DNA from: a virus
Taxonomy: Duplodnaviria; Caudoviricetes
DNA: 63,682 nt
IMG/VR virus record: IMGVR_UViG_3300020121_000104
Span: 1 to 63,682 of that record
Strand: one strand, 5' to 3'
The notes under the pieces are model-generated. The model was given only the letters and a program-made list of their open reading frames with translations. It ran no database searches and had not been told where the DNA came from. The position numbers were made by a program, and so were the translations under genes. Positions 47,549-57,266 of the stretch are shown one piece after another (positions within the stretch are counted from its first letter, which is position 1; each line of letters opens with the position of its first letter).

Positions 47549-48109
47549 TCAGTTCAGCGATTGAATGAACGCGCCCTGCGTGGTGATCGAACCCGCGGTG
47601 GTGCCCCAGATGATCGAGACGCCGATGCCTTGCTGCACACCGAAGTCGATCGTCGCCGCGCTGGTGCCACCGAGCGTCAGCATCATATTTGCGCCGCCGG
47701 TCGTCAGTACGCCTTGCGTCGTCCAGAAGCCCCACCCAATACAAGTATCGCTCGCGCCGGCCGTGGCGGCCTGAGCCCGGCACAACACGGTGAATTCCAT
47801 GTACCAGGGACGGTTAGTCGTCGCGCCAGACGAGAACTGAGCGCCAGAAGCGCCAAGAGAAACGTTCGTCGCAACCGTCGTCGATGCACCGATCCTCGGG
47901 GTGAGTGTGATCGAGCCCGTCGCCGCCGGAAGCGTGATGATGCCTCCAGCAGTCAACTTGTATGCCTTGCCCGGCCGCATGTCGTTCGCCGGGATCGGCG
48001 TGTTGATGGCAATCGGCCATAGCAGCGCCTCGGTCGTGACCGTCGAGTACGTCAGGAGGTCCGCAAGGATTGGTTCCTGGATGAGGTCCATGAAATATTG
48101 GCGCGAGAT
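47549..48109 (-). CDS. Beta-sandwich structural protein; probable ATC start
   Basis: AGGAGG 5 nt before ATC-TCG-CGC-CAA-TAT-TTC, in frame with ATG at 48091. Confidence 0.65.
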   Translation of the reverse strand: MSRQYFMDLIQEPILADLLTYSTVTTEALLWPIAINTPIPANDMRPGKAYKLTAGGIITLPAATGSITLTPRIGASTTVATNVSLGASGAQFSSGATTNRPWYMEFTVLCRAQAATAGASDTCIGWGFWTTQGVLTTGGANMMLTLGGTSAATIDFGVQQGIGVSIIWGTTAGSITTQGAFIQSLN

Positions 48110-48118
48110 TTTAGCCTC

Positions 48119-48934
48119 CTATGGGAAAACGTTGATGCCATAGACCCCGAACGGAAACGGGGTGGGTGCACTAGATGGGGCACCCTCTGCGATATTAATG
48201 ATCGGCGCCGGATGCCAGAATTCCCAGGGATTACCAGCCCATGCTATGAGTTGCGGAAGCGATAAAAAAGTATTTGACCACATCGCCCTGGCGATATAGC
48301 CGTTCGTCGCCTGATTTGATCCCGCAATGTTCTGGCCGACCTGCTGTGTTGCTGTAGTGGCCACGACAGTAGCCGAACCAGCCGCTACAGATGCAGTAAC
48401 AAGTGTTCCAGTGTTCAAATTTAAAAGTACAAAATTACCCACGCCTCCTGGTAGATAACTGCCGGCAATGAAATATGGAATATTCGCAGCAAGAGCAAGG
48501 TTACTAGATGTTTCGGTATCCGTATAAAAACATAGAAACCCGATGGAGTCGACGTACATTCCGGGGCTTTGTCCACCCCCATTATTCATTGAGACCATAG
48601 TCTGAAATGTTGCTGTATTAACCGCCGAAAACTGAACTATTGCGCCTGTCGTAAAAGCATTTAAGTTAAATACCTTTTGCCCGTTTATCGCACAGCCTGA
48701 CGACCCTGCCGTCAAGAAACCGGCCGCAGGTCCGAGAAACCCAAGAGTCTTCGTCGTGACGGCCGTGGGAGTGAACGGCTGACCAGTCAGCAAATTTATA
48801 GTATTATCCCCAACAGCAATCGCAGAAAACCCAATCCCCGGAACCATTGTACTGGCCGCAGGATGTGATTCGTTAAATCCTGGCGGTGATCCTGGGTAGC
48901 TTAGCCCACCACGCCTAAGAATAAGTTTACGCAT
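48119..48934 (-). CDS. LamG/ConA-like protein
   Basis: NGYIARAMWSNTFLS..L..NPWEF. Confidence 0.6.
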   Translation of the reverse strand: MRKLILRRGGLSYPGSPPGFNESHPAASTMVPGIGFSAIAVGDNTINLLTGQPFTPTAVTTKTLGFLGPAAGFLTAGSSGCAINGQKVFNLNAFTTGAIVQFSAVNTATFQTMVSMNNGGGQSPGMYVDSIGFLCFYTDTETSSNLALAANIPYFIAGSYLPGGVGNFVLLNLNTGTLVTASVAAGSATVVATTATQQVGQNIAGSNQATNGYIARAMWSNTFLSLPQLIAWAGNPWEFWHPAPIINIAEGAPSSAPTPFPFGVYGINVFP

Positions 48935-48937
48935 GGG

Positions 48938-49423
48938 TTAACTATTTAGATTGGTGTTATACGTCCTATATTTGATTGTCTGCGTCCCGGATGTGAGGGC
49001 AAAACCAGAATTGTTTTGCATCGCCCAGCGAAATGTTCCCGGAGGGATTATCAAACCACTTGCATTACCAATGAGAGAAGTCTGACTCGCCGCGGCAAAT
49101 AACGGTATAACCGCGATAGGGGAGTAGGAAGGCGTGACTGACGACGCGCTGGTTGTCACATGGTTATCACCGTACGTAGTACCATCCTGGTTAAGCATAG
49201 CAAGAAATATGGCGATATTGGCACCAGCCCCGATCGTGCTAGATGAAATCGCTAAACTGATCGAGATGTCCGCATAAATATCCAATGCGGTCTGGTTGGT
49301 GACATCAGTACTATCCATAACCGATTGACCATTGGTCATGGATGCCATGTTTGCACTGGCAATGGCGGTGCCCCAGGTGAGGCCCTGGCCTAGCCCGGCA
49401 ACCCATGCGGTGCGATTGGCCAC
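48938..49423 (-). CDS. Beta-sandwich structural protein
   Basis: IPPGTF...NNSG.AL...IKYRTYN. Confidence 0.65.
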   Translation of the reverse strand: MANRTAWVAGLGQGLTWGTAIASANMASMTNGQSVMDSTDVTNQTALDIYADISISLAISSSTIGAGANIAIFLAMLNQDGTTYGDNHVTTSASSVTPSYSPIAVIPLFAAASQTSLIGNASGLIIPPGTFRWAMQNNSGFALTSGTQTIKYRTYNTNLNS

Positions 49424-49426
49424 GGA

Positions 49427-49807
49427 TTATCCGCCCACAGCCGCATTCAAGATGGCTCGGGCACCGGCTTGCGTCGATACCGCTTGCCCCCCAACATAAT
49501 TGACGATCCCATTATCCAATATTGTCTTCAACTGACCGATCTGAGTTGAAGACAACAGATGTGACAATGCCGGATATTTTGTCGGGTCAAGCGGATGAGC
49601 GGTGTTTGGGGAGCCATCAGCCGAACCGCTCGTGCCATCAGAATTCAGTGCCACCGTGCCCATCGCGGCGAGGGTCGTGGCTACAGCTTGATCTGTCCAT
49701 GCCGCGTCAAGCGCGACCATTGTCTGATAGAGTTGTATCAACTGTTGTGATACAGCTATCAGACTGTTAGCGGCCTGGATTGCCTGTGTTTGCGGACTTG
49801 CCACCAT
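49427..49807 (-). CDS. Hypothetical protein
   Basis: RBS ggaggg. Confidence 0.65.
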   Translation of the reverse strand: MVASPQTQAIQAANSLIAVSQQLIQLYQTMVALDAAWTDQAVATTLAAMGTVALNSDGTSGSADGSPNTAHPLDPTKYPALSHLLSSTQIGQLKTILDNGIVNYVGGQAVSTQAGARAILNAAVGG

Positions 49808-49837
49808 TGCTGTCACCCTCCAATCTTCGTCTTCGGC

Positions 49838-50062
49838 TTAATCTGTTTTTTCCCACTCAAGACGAGCCGGTTCCATGGCCGGCGCGGCGTGAACGGCGCC
49901 GTCGTTCCAACCTTGCCGCTTGCGGCGATACCAAGTCGCCTGAGAGATGCCGGCCTTCTCCCATGGAGTTGGGACGCCCCCAGGCTCGGACGGGGGCTTG
50001 AGCCGTCGATAGTAGGTCGTTCTGCTGATACCTTGTGCGATCCAAGGTTCGGTCCGAGCCAT
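49838..50062 (-). CDS. Small protein with two PW..GIS..T(W/Y)YRR DNA-binding repeats
   Basis: EPWIAQGISRTTYYRR and TPWEKAGISQATWYRR. Confidence 0.65.
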   Translation of the reverse strand: MARTEPWIAQGISRTTYYRRLKPPSEPGGVPTPWEKAGISQATWYRRKRQGWNDGAVHAAPAMEPARLEWEKTD

Positions 50063-50346
50063 TATGCGGCACCTTGCACGTCATCGCGTCCCAGCGTCAG
50101 GGCGACAAGATCGGTCGGTTCATCCGTGTCCGGATCAAAGTAGACCATCTCGAAGCCCACCATCCGGTCGAAGCCGTGCGCCTTGTGCTCGCGGACGAAC
50201 GCTTCGACTTCGGCCGACTTCGCCCATGCCCACGGGACCGCACCGTCAGGGCACACCATGCGGGCGCCGCAGAACTGACAATTTGCCTTCATACGGCGCT
50301 CGATCTTGACGCGCCGGCCGCCGCGAACGACACTCTCAACCTTCAT
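50062..50346 (-). CDS. Hypothetical Zn-binding protein
   Basis: CQFC...HKAH. Confidence 0.5.
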   Translation of the reverse strand: MKVESVVRGGRRVKIERRMKANCQFCGARMVCPDGAVPWAWAKSAEVEAFVREHKAHGFDRMVGFEMVYFDPDTDEPTDLVALTLGRDDVQGAA

Positions 50347-50350
50347 CGGC

Positions 50351-50620
50351 TCACGCGCTTTTGGGCGCGGCAGGCTTCGCTTCTGGTGCCACCGCCGCCT
50401 TTGTGTCCGGCGTTGCTGCCTGGGCGCGCTTGATTTTGACCGATGCCTCGCCACCTTCCTTGTCGAAGTGGCCGCTTGCATCGACATCGAACGTGCCGTC
50501 TTCCATTGCCATGATCGTGTTTTGCAGGAGCATTTTGACGCCGCCTGGCGCGGTCGCGCTGTGGATCGCCTGATCGGCTTCGCCGTGGTCCTTGGCGCTG
50601 AACTTGACGCTGAAAGACAT
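50351..50620 (-). CDS. Hypothetical protein
   Basis: RBS aggagg; MSFSVKF...VDASGH. Confidence 0.65.
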   Translation of the reverse strand: MSFSVKFSAKDHGEADQAIHSATAPGGVKMLLQNTIMAMEDGTFDVDASGHFDKEGGEASVKIKRAQAATPDTKAAVAPEAKPAAPKSA

Positions 50621-50665
50621 CGTGCCCTCCTGTTTGAGGTGTTGAGTCCTAAAGTCGATCGATTA

Positions 50666-50911
50666 CTACGACAAGTTGGTAGATGTTACGTAATTCGGCT
50701 TTCTTGTGATAACGCGTACTTTGCTCGCATCTACTAAACGATAGGGTCGGCGAGGAGGGTCTCCATCCGGGTCCCAGTGGTATTTGACCAGCACGGCATG
50801 AATGCCACGATCCAAGGCGAGCCTCTCTATAACCTCGCCATAGCAAACGATACCATTGAATTGCGAGAACTCAATGAAAGTACCGTTTGCAAGTCGTTCC
50901 GTCTCATCCAT
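50666..50911 (-). CDS. Hypothetical inserted gene
   Basis: RBS ggggag; SH3-like pattern. Confidence 0.55.
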   Translation of the reverse strand: MDETERLANGTFIEFSQFNGIVCYGEVIERLALDRGIHAVLVKYHWDPDGDPPRRPYRLVDASKVRVITRKPNYVTSTNLS

Positions 50912-50940
50912 ACCGTTCTCCCCTTTGAAAGATTATTCGT

Positions 50941-51396
50941 TTACTCCTCAACCGTAACCTCGAAACTGCTGGTTGCGTCGGTGCCCGTCACGCCCCGGCA
51001 ACTGATCTGCCCCGTGAGCACGCCGTTGACGATCCACCAAGGATTAGCCAGAGGATGGATCAAGAGCCCGAGGCCACCTTGCGAGTTCCACGACACAGCA
51101 AATAAGTTGCCGCCGGGATCGGCCGTTGCCATCAGCGGGTTCGTCGCAAAGGTGCCGACGCGCGATCCGACAGTGACATAGTTAGGCTGATGATACGCAT
51201 TAGTCAGTGCCGTGAAGGTCGACGAACCGATTGTCGTCGGCCGGTTCCAGCGGGTGCGTAGACCGGTAGAAGTCGTCTGCTGACCGCCCCAAGCGATTGA
51301 GATGACTTTGCCGAATACGCCGGCAGTTTGGCTGTCCAACGTCCACATATCCGTTGCGGTGACCTGCCCGATTGCGCCGGAGGTATAGCTAGGCAT
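50941..51396 (-). CDS. Beta-sandwich structural protein
   Basis: Ends FEVTVEE; RBS aaggag. Confidence 0.65.
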   Translation of the reverse strand: MPSYTSGAIGQVTATDMWTLDSQTAGVFGKVISIAWGGQQTTSTGLRTRWNRPTTIGSSTFTALTNAYHQPNYVTVGSRVGTFATNPLMATADPGGNLFAVSWNSQGGLGLLIHPLANPWWIVNGVLTGQISCRGVTGTDATSSFEVTVEE

Positions 51397-51423
51397 TGTA
51401 ATTCTCCTTTGTTTCCGTTTGTC

Positions 51424-51717
51424 TCACAAGCCGAGGATTTTCGCGTTCTGCTGTTCGCGAGCGCGCTCCTCGACAGCGCGTTCGACAAATTTCTTAAAGT
51501 TCTCACAGCCGTGCGTCGGGATGCGGAAAGCGCACACGCTGCAGACAGGCTCATCGCATGAGGAGCACTTGTGCTCGCCGTAGGCGCGCCAGTTTGCTTT
51601 TCCGATCGAGCACTGACAGTGGCCGCAGCCAAGAACATCGTCTTCTTTCAGACGACCGCCGCTCGCACGGTTGTCGTTCATCACGTAGCCGTGTCCGGTG
51701 TAGACTGATCTTTTCAT
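51424..51717 (-). CDS. Cys-rich Zn-finger protein
   Basis: CGHC, CSSC, CSVC, GCENF. Confidence 0.65.
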   Translation of the reverse strand: MKRSVYTGHGYVMNDNRASGGRLKEDDVLGCGHCQCSIGKANWRAYGEHKCSSCDEPVCSVCAFRIPTHGCENFKKFVERAVEERAREQQNAKILGL

Positions 51718-52364
51718 GGAATCGTGATCAGGTTTGAGATCGAAGGGACGGGAAAGATAGGGTCTGGCGCAAACCCGGTTCCAGTAAGAACGCCATTATT
51801 GCCAAATCCGGACATATCCGGCTCCGGCGATGCCGTTCCGCCCAAAGGCCACCAGCCGATCGTGGAGGCCGGACGACCGCCTCGGGACAATTGCGAGAAG
51901 TCTCCAGCAGATAGCGCAGCGTTCCAGATCGCCGCGTCATACAGGTAACCCAGGAATGGATAAATGCTAAATGCATCGCCTAGCAGCACGGATGCCGTAA
52001 CCGCCGAAGCCGTCCCACTGGCCGTTCCTGTAGTGACATCTTGCACACCATTAATGTAAACGCGCAATCCGTTGACAGAATCATAACTAAACCCGAAATG
52101 GGTCCACACATTCAATGAGTAAGTCGCCGTAGTCGTAACCTGGATTAGCCCCCCCGTCGTAACGACTTGTGCAAGTAAGGTTCCGGACTGATGAAGGGCA
52201 AGCGTCCAAAAATTTGTTCCGTCATATCTGCTAACTGTCCCTAGATATGTATTTCCGGTCAATCCCGTGCAATAAAACCAAGAAGCCACCGATATGGCAG
52301 CGGGATTGCCTACCCCGCTGCCACAATTTATCTGGTCAGTCGTGCCGTTGAAGCTGCGAGCCAT
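51714..52364 (-). CDS. LamG/ConA-like lectin-fold protein
   Basis: WTHFGFSYD...VYINGV...DAAIWNAALS. Confidence 0.8.
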   Translation of the reverse strand: MARSFNGTTDQINCGSGVGNPAAISVASWFYCTGLTGNTYLGTVSRYDGTNFWTLALHQSGTLLAQVVTTGGLIQVTTTATYSLNVWTHFGFSYDSVNGLRVYINGVQDVTTGTASGTASAVTASVLLGDAFSIYPFLGYLYDAAIWNAALSAGDFSQLSRGGRPASTIGWWPLGGTASPEPDMSGFGNNGVLTGTGFAPDPIFPVPSISNLITIP

Positions 52365-52891
52365 CAGCGCCCCAACCGCCCCAGCGCTTCGGCGATCACG
52401 TTCTTGACCTGATCATGCTCAGAGCGCCTTGCTGCAATCTGATTCATCAGTGCCGCATGATCGCTCTTGGCCTGATCGATCTTGGCCTGCCATTCCGCAG
52501 CCTGTTTTTTCAATTCATGCACCCGGTCCGTCGCAGTCGCAATCTGCGCTGTCGCCTGTGCGATGGACTGTTTGTTCTGCTGCTCGACCTTTTCGGTCGC
52601 CCGGCGCGAAGCCTCTTTTTATTGATTGATCTTGTGGGAAAGAGCGTCAAGTTCGCTCCGAAACCGCTCAACATCCCGTTTGGCGGCCGCATCACGCTCC
52701 AGCTTTGCCTGGGCTTCCGCCGACTTCGCCGCTGCAAGCCGCCGCTCGGATTCGGTGACCTGACGATCGGCCACATCTTGAATACTGCCGATCTGTGCCC
52801 ATTCCTGCAAGGTCTCCAGCAATCCAGGAAACAACTCGCCAAATTTCTTCGCGGACTCGAAAGCCTGAATCTTCTGTTGCGCTGTCGTCAT
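52364..52891 (-). pseudogene. Coiled-coil gene with in-frame TAA at 52619-52621
   Basis: Frame continues 84 codons (KEASRR...EALGRLGR) to a TGA overlapping the next start. Confidence 0.65.
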
Positions 52892-52900
52892 GGCTTAATC

Positions 52901-53083
52901 CTACGGTTCCGCAAGCCGCTTTACCCAAAGGGTAAACTCGCGCATAAGGTGTTCGCTCTTTGGTTTTACAATCTTGTCATAACAAGGGGTGCAAGTCGTA
53001 GGCAGTTCATCTTTAGGAAAATTCGGATTCACAACCAGTGTGTGTCCACAATATTTGCAAACAAACTCACGAATTGTCGTCAT
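52901..53083 (-). CDS. Zn-ribbon insert flanked by 14-bp repeat (52883-52896 / 53075-53088)
   Basis: CKYC...CTPC; starts MTT like the downstream gene. Confidence 0.6.
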   Translation of the reverse strand: MTTIREFVCKYCGHTLVVNPNFPKDELPTTCTPCYDKIVKPKSEHLMREFTLWVKRLAEP

Positions 53084-53111
53084 GGCTTGGTCCTTATGCT
53101 GGGCATTCCCA

Positions 53112-53342
53112 TCATGTGGTGGGCCAATCCGCCGGGTCATTCTCGTCGCCGGGGTTCGCCCGCAGCGTGATGCCGGCATTGATGACGTAGATCGTTTCCC
53201 CCGATCCATCGGGACGGCGCCCGAACACGCTCCTCGCCGAGGCGTCGCAGTGTCCGTTGTCTGGGTATAGCTCCATCAGCCTGACGGGGATCAGGAGTAG
53301 GTCTCCGGCCTTCAACTCACGGCCTTTGGCGTCGCGCATCAT
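53112..53342 (-). CDS. Hypothetical protein
   Basis: MRDAKGRELKAGD. Confidence 0.65.
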   Translation of the reverse strand: MMRDAKGRELKAGDLLLIPVRLMELYPDNGHCDASARSVFGRRPDGSGETIYVINAGITLRANPGDENDPADWPTT

Positions 53343-53557
53343 CGCGATACTCTCTCCTCAAAGGGTGCCAGATATTTAGGGGGCCGATCAATTGAATTGT
53401 TTTGGTTTAATTACCTGCCAGAACGGCCCATCATCGAAACTATAGCGAATGGTATCCTCGGCACGCGCAAACTCCAACGCCTCTTCCAATGAAGAAAATA
53501 TATGTGTTCCTTCAGGTATATTACTTGGGATGATCATCGCGCGGTCCGTCCTGTCAC

Positions 53558-53932
53558 TCATGGCTTGGTCCTGCGATAAAGGGCGGTGACGGTTATCGCA
53601 GTCGTCCCATCACCACCGGTCACGCGCGGGCGGGCGAAGACGACGACTTGCAGCACTTCATAAATATCGGCCACGGTGATGTTCAGAAGATTGTTGAAGG
53701 GATCGCGCAGCGTATGAAAATTGACGCCATCATTCGAGCCTTCCCAAGAGAGGCTGAACCCGGCGCCGAATGTCCCGTCAACCTGAACGCTGCGATCGGC
53801 AAACCCAACGAAAGTCGCCTGCTTCGTCAGCGTCAGCCCGGTATCGCCGTTTGCCATCGCCCACGACACAATCCACCCATCCTCGTCATTGTCGCCATTG
53901 GCGAACGCTATGGTCGGGATGATGATGCTCAT
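53558..53932 (-). CDS. Beta-rich structural protein
   Basis: SVQVDGTFG...EGSNDG.NF..L. Confidence 0.7.
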   Translation of the reverse strand: MSIIIPTIAFANGDNDEDGWIVSWAMANGDTGLTLTKQATFVGFADRSVQVDGTFGAGFSLSWEGSNDGVNFHTLRDPFNNLLNITVADIYEVLQVVVFARPRVTGGDGTTAITVTALYRRTKP

Positions 53933-56010
53933 CGTGCTGCCGCCGCCGCCGGCCGTCGCCGCGCCTGCATCGCAGCCGCCTTGCGCTTCGCCGCATGTTC
54001 GGCCTGCTTCGTCTGATGCTGCCGCGCCAATTCGGCCATGGCGAATTCATGCTCCTGGCGGGCTTGCTCGATCTGCATCCTGATCTTCTCGCGCTCCGCT
54101 TCCACGCGCATCATTTCCATGCGGAGGTCTTGCGCATGCTGTTCGCGGGCGGCTTGCTGATCCTGTTGCCGCGCGAGAGCGTCCTGTTGCGCATTGAATT
54201 TCTCGGCTTCCGCCTGCACGTTCGCGCGCTGGACTTCGGCCGCGCCCTTCTGCTGATCGACCTGCGCTTTGAGTTGGGCCGCCTGAATGTCAAGCTGGCC
54301 CTTCTGCTGGTCAGTCTGAGCCTTCAACTGGGCCGCTTGGAGCTTCGGATCTGGCGGCTGTTGCTGCTGAGCCTGAGCCAACTTCTGCTCGACGGCTTTC
54401 TTCATCGAAGCCGGGAGCGGCATGAATTCGAGCTTGATCTGCCACGGGATGGTCGGATCGTCTTTTATGACTTCATACGCATCCTGCATCATGTTGGCGA
54501 CATCCGGACCCTCGTCCATCGATATCTCGACGTTCAATTGACCGATCGCATTGATGATGAGGGGCTGGCCCCATTCGTCCATTTCGAGGCCATTGATCTG
54601 GATGAACTGCGCAAGGCCTTGATTGTCGGTGACGCGAATCCAGCGCTCGGCTTGCCATGTCCGCGACACGATATTCCAAATCGCCTTGTAGACCCGCAGT
54701 TTCCAGGCGCAGTAGTTGCGGAGGAACGATCCCAGCTCGGCAGTGCCCGCCTTCTGCAAGTAGTTGATCGCAACGCCGGAATGCTGATCCTCCTGCGCCA
54801 TCAGCGCGGGATTGATGTTGATGTAGGACTGGATTTGCTGCCGGGCGTCCTGCATCAGCGCCAGTTGATTGGCAAGGTCCGCGGCCTTGTTTGGATCGGG
54901 CGCGGGCGGTTCGAATCCCATGTTGTATTCGATGTATCCATCCGGACGCGCATTCTCTCGGCGCGCGACTTCGACGCTATCGACCGCGCCCTTTTGCCCG
55001 GTCAACTTGGTCACGTTCGACAGAAACAGCGCCTTGCTGCGCCGCTGATTCACTTCGTCCTGCATGCCCTTGAGCGTGCGGACGAGACCATAGGCATCGC
55101 CGTCGTGATCGACGTTCGCGCGGAACATGACGAACCGGGACATCGGCTTGCCGCGCTCATCGATGAAGGGCGAGACGCCCTGCGCCAGCAAAAGCATCGA
55201 GCAATAGAAGGCCCAATACCACTTCCCATCATGGATGTACCAATGCTCGACGAGGCGCAGCCGCTTTTCGTTGACATAAATCCATTTGTACTCGCGATCG
55301 GCGTGCGTCGTTAGGTCAAATCCAGTTTCAACCATCAGCGTCCGCAGCTCTTCCTCCTTATCGGGGAAAAGCTCGATCGCCTCTTCTACGTCTAGCCACT
55401 TCGCGAGCCCATGGAATCGCCCAAGCACCTGCGGTTTGATATCGCGAGGATCGTGAAAGAAATCGTCCCCATAAACTATTTCCATTCCAACATCAGGGTC
55501 ATCGTGATCGCCTTCGATCAGCTTCAACTCGATCCCGGCAATGCCCTCGATGCCGGCTTGCGTCGCACATGCGCCGTCGAGAAATTTCCATTGATTGGCT
55601 TCAAGCACCGAGCGCACCGCTTGCGTGGCGATCTCGGCACCGTCCGCATTCTTGGGATTGCGCGGAAAGGCTTTGGGGTCTTGGCGCAATCTTGTTATAA
55701 GGCCGGCGACGCTATCAATCTTTCGGTTGATCTGGTTGTCGGTGATGATGGGCTGGTGGCGCTTGCAGAGGATTTTGATTTCCTCGGGAGTCCACTGAGC
55801 GCTATGATAATAGTGACGGCTTTGCTTCTGTTCCTCATACTCTTGAACACACGCAACCAGATAATCGACGTATTGTTGCCTAAGCCTGCTGACCGGCCAG
55901 AACCCGTCGTCACCCCCGGAGAAATCAAAATCATCCGGCGCATTCGTCGACCAGTAGCCTAGCGTCCCGTCACGCGAAACGAAATTGGAGCCTTGAGACG
56001 GGAGGGGCAT
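53929..56010 (-). CDS. P22-like portal protein
   Basis: YYHSAQWT, NQINRKID, YGLVRTLKGMQDEVNQRRSK, Gln-rich coiled-coil C-terminus. Confidence 0.9.
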   Translation of the reverse strand: MPLPSQGSNFVSRDGTLGYWSTNAPDDFDFSGGDDGFWPVSRLRQQYVDYLVACVQEYEEQKQSRHYYHSAQWTPEEIKILCKRHQPIITDNQINRKIDSVAGLITRLRQDPKAFPRNPKNADGAEIATQAVRSVLEANQWKFLDGACATQAGIEGIAGIELKLIEGDHDDPDVGMEIVYGDDFFHDPRDIKPQVLGRFHGLAKWLDVEEAIELFPDKEEELRTLMVETGFDLTTHADREYKWIYVNEKRLRLVEHWYIHDGKWYWAFYCSMLLLAQGVSPFIDERGKPMSRFVMFRANVDHDGDAYGLVRTLKGMQDEVNQRRSKALFLSNVTKLTGQKGAVDSVEVARRENARPDGYIEYNMGFEPPAPDPNKAADLANQLALMQDARQQIQSYININPALMAQEDQHSGVAINYLQKAGTAELGSFLRNYCAWKLRVYKAIWNIVSRTWQAERWIRVTDNQGLAQFIQINGLEMDEWGQPLIINAIGQLNVEISMDEGPDVANMMQDAYEVIKDDPTIPWQIKLEFMPLPASMKKAVEQKLAQAQQQQPPDPKLQAAQLKAQTDQQKGQLDIQAAQLKAQVDQQKGAAEVQRANVQAEAEKFNAQQDALARQQDQQAAREQHAQDLRMEMMRVEAEREKIRMQIEQARQEHEFAMAELARQHQTKQAEHAAKRKAAAMQARRRPAAAAAR

Positions 56011-56045
56011 TTTATAGGAACGCCTCTTGCTTCGCCGGCTTAGCG

Positions 56046-56303
56046 TCAATCATCACAAAGTTCGTACAAATAGAATTGCCCAAAAATTTTACCATTTTCC
56101 TCCGTTTTTGACCGAAACCATTCCAATCCGGAACGGCTTAACGGAAGAACTTTTGGGGAATTATCGCAACGCAATTCCGCCACATGAGTCCCCATCTGGG
56201 TTACATGAGTATCTGGATCAAAACCCGTAAGCCGACGCAATAGCTCTCTAGGAGACCATTGAAATGGAATCACCATTTCGATCAATGCATCTTTTTTTAT
56301 CAT
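56046..56303 (-). CDS. AT-rich hypothetical insert
   Basis: RBS aaggag; ATGA coupling. Confidence 0.5.
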   Translation of the reverse strand: MIKKDALIEMVIPFQWSPRELLRRLTGFDPDTHVTQMGTHVAELRCDNSPKVLPLSRSGLEWFRSKTEENGKIFGQFYLYELCDD

Positions 56304-56527
56304 GTATTTAACTCCTTGCGCCGAATCAAATAATCCGTCCGCAGCCACTCCTCCTGCCGCCGCTCGCGCCAGCCTTCCAATACTGTCCGCAGCTCATCCG
56401 GGTCCGAGTATCCATCCGCCATCATCTTGTCGACGATGACGGCGCCGAACTCATGGACGAGCGCGCGGAAGCCTGGGGGCATGCGATCGATGGCGGACAT
56501 GACGCGGAGGGAGTTGGGATCAGGCAT
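56300..56527 (-). CDS. Hypothetical protein
   Basis: IDRMPPGFRALVHEFG. Confidence 0.65.
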   Translation of the reverse strand: MPDPNSLRVMSAIDRMPPGFRALVHEFGAVIVDKMMADGYSDPDELRTVLEGWRERRQEEWLRTDYLIRRKELNT

Positions 56528-56702
56528 CGCGCTTGCCTACCCATTGATGCAAAAATGGCTGCTTTACATCAGAAAACACATACAGTGTGCCGTCCGGCCT
56601 TTCCCACACTCGATGCTTGCTCGTCTCCAAGTCCTTTCGACGGAGCCAACCGAACGAATCAGGTTTTCCTGATCTTACTTTTGGTTTTAGATCATCGCTC
56701 AT
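56520..56702 (-). CDS. Hypothetical insert
   Basis: Ends DA like the upstream gene. Confidence 0.5.
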   Translation of the reverse strand: MSDDLKPKVRSGKPDSFGWLRRKDLETSKHRVWERPDGTLYVFSDVKQPFLHQWVGKRDA

Positions 56703-56703
56703 T

Positions 56704-56961
56704 TCAAGCATCGACGCGAGAAAGGTTTGCCAAGGCTTCCGTCATGGCAGGCGTTTGGTGAACGAGACCGCCTTCAATTTCAACACCACGCTCGCGCATC
56801 ATGACGATCTCTCGGGCGCGGCGGCGGGCAACGATGTCGTTGACTTTTACCCTAAGCATGGATGGGAGCGCAATGATCTCGCGATATCCTTCCCACGACT
56901 TTATGATCGGGCCCACAGCTTCCATGCCGCGTCCATGGTGTCCTGCAAGTTTCGGCATCAC
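56704..56961 (-). CDS. Hypothetical protein
   Basis: Coupled ORF. Confidence 0.5.
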   Translation of the reverse strand: MMPKLAGHHGRGMEAVGPIIKSWEGYREIIALPSMLRVKVNDIVARRRAREIVMMRERGVEIEGGLVHQTPAMTEALANLSRVDA

Positions 56962-57266
56962 TGCCGCCCCGCCACCACTTCCGTAAAGTATGCATTGATC
57001 TCGTGCATGATCGCATCGACGCGATCGACATCACGCTCAGTCGCATAAGTCGGATCGTCTTCGTCGAGCATGTCGGAATAGAGAAACGAATCGAGCAGCG
57101 CCTTGGCTCCCGCAAAAAAGAACCGCTTGTAAGTCTTGACCCAATCGGGATGGGTCTCAGGCGGGATGGTCTGTTCGAGGATGGAGCGCCAAGCGGCATC
57201 GATCACCCGGCTCGTGGTGAGGGTGCGGGGCGTCTCTTCCTTGCGCTTGGTGGCGGATTTTCTCAT
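56958..57266 (-). CDS. Hypothetical protein
   Basis: KRFFFAGA motif. Confidence 0.65.
   Translation of the reverse strand: MRKSATKRKEETPRTLTTSRVIDAAWRSILEQTIPPETHPDWVKTYKRFFFAGAKALLDSFLYSDMLDEDDPTYATERDVDRVDAIMHEINAYFTEVVAGRQ

Noticed and set aside
52619-52621. Genome-wide stop-codon reassignment
   Set aside because: Only one internal stop seen; TAA, TAG and TGA all terminate genes normally and no suppressor tRNA is evident
53995-55314. Long + strand ORFs (also 27350-29083, 37398-38531, 2499-3320)
   Set aside because: Antisense shadows of GC3-rich genes; no RBS or recognisable motifs
56520-56713. 8-12 bp boundary repeats (56520/56704, 53338/53533, 61246/61541)
   Set aside because: Fit the cassette pattern but are too short to separate from chance or shared RBS/start signals; not counted
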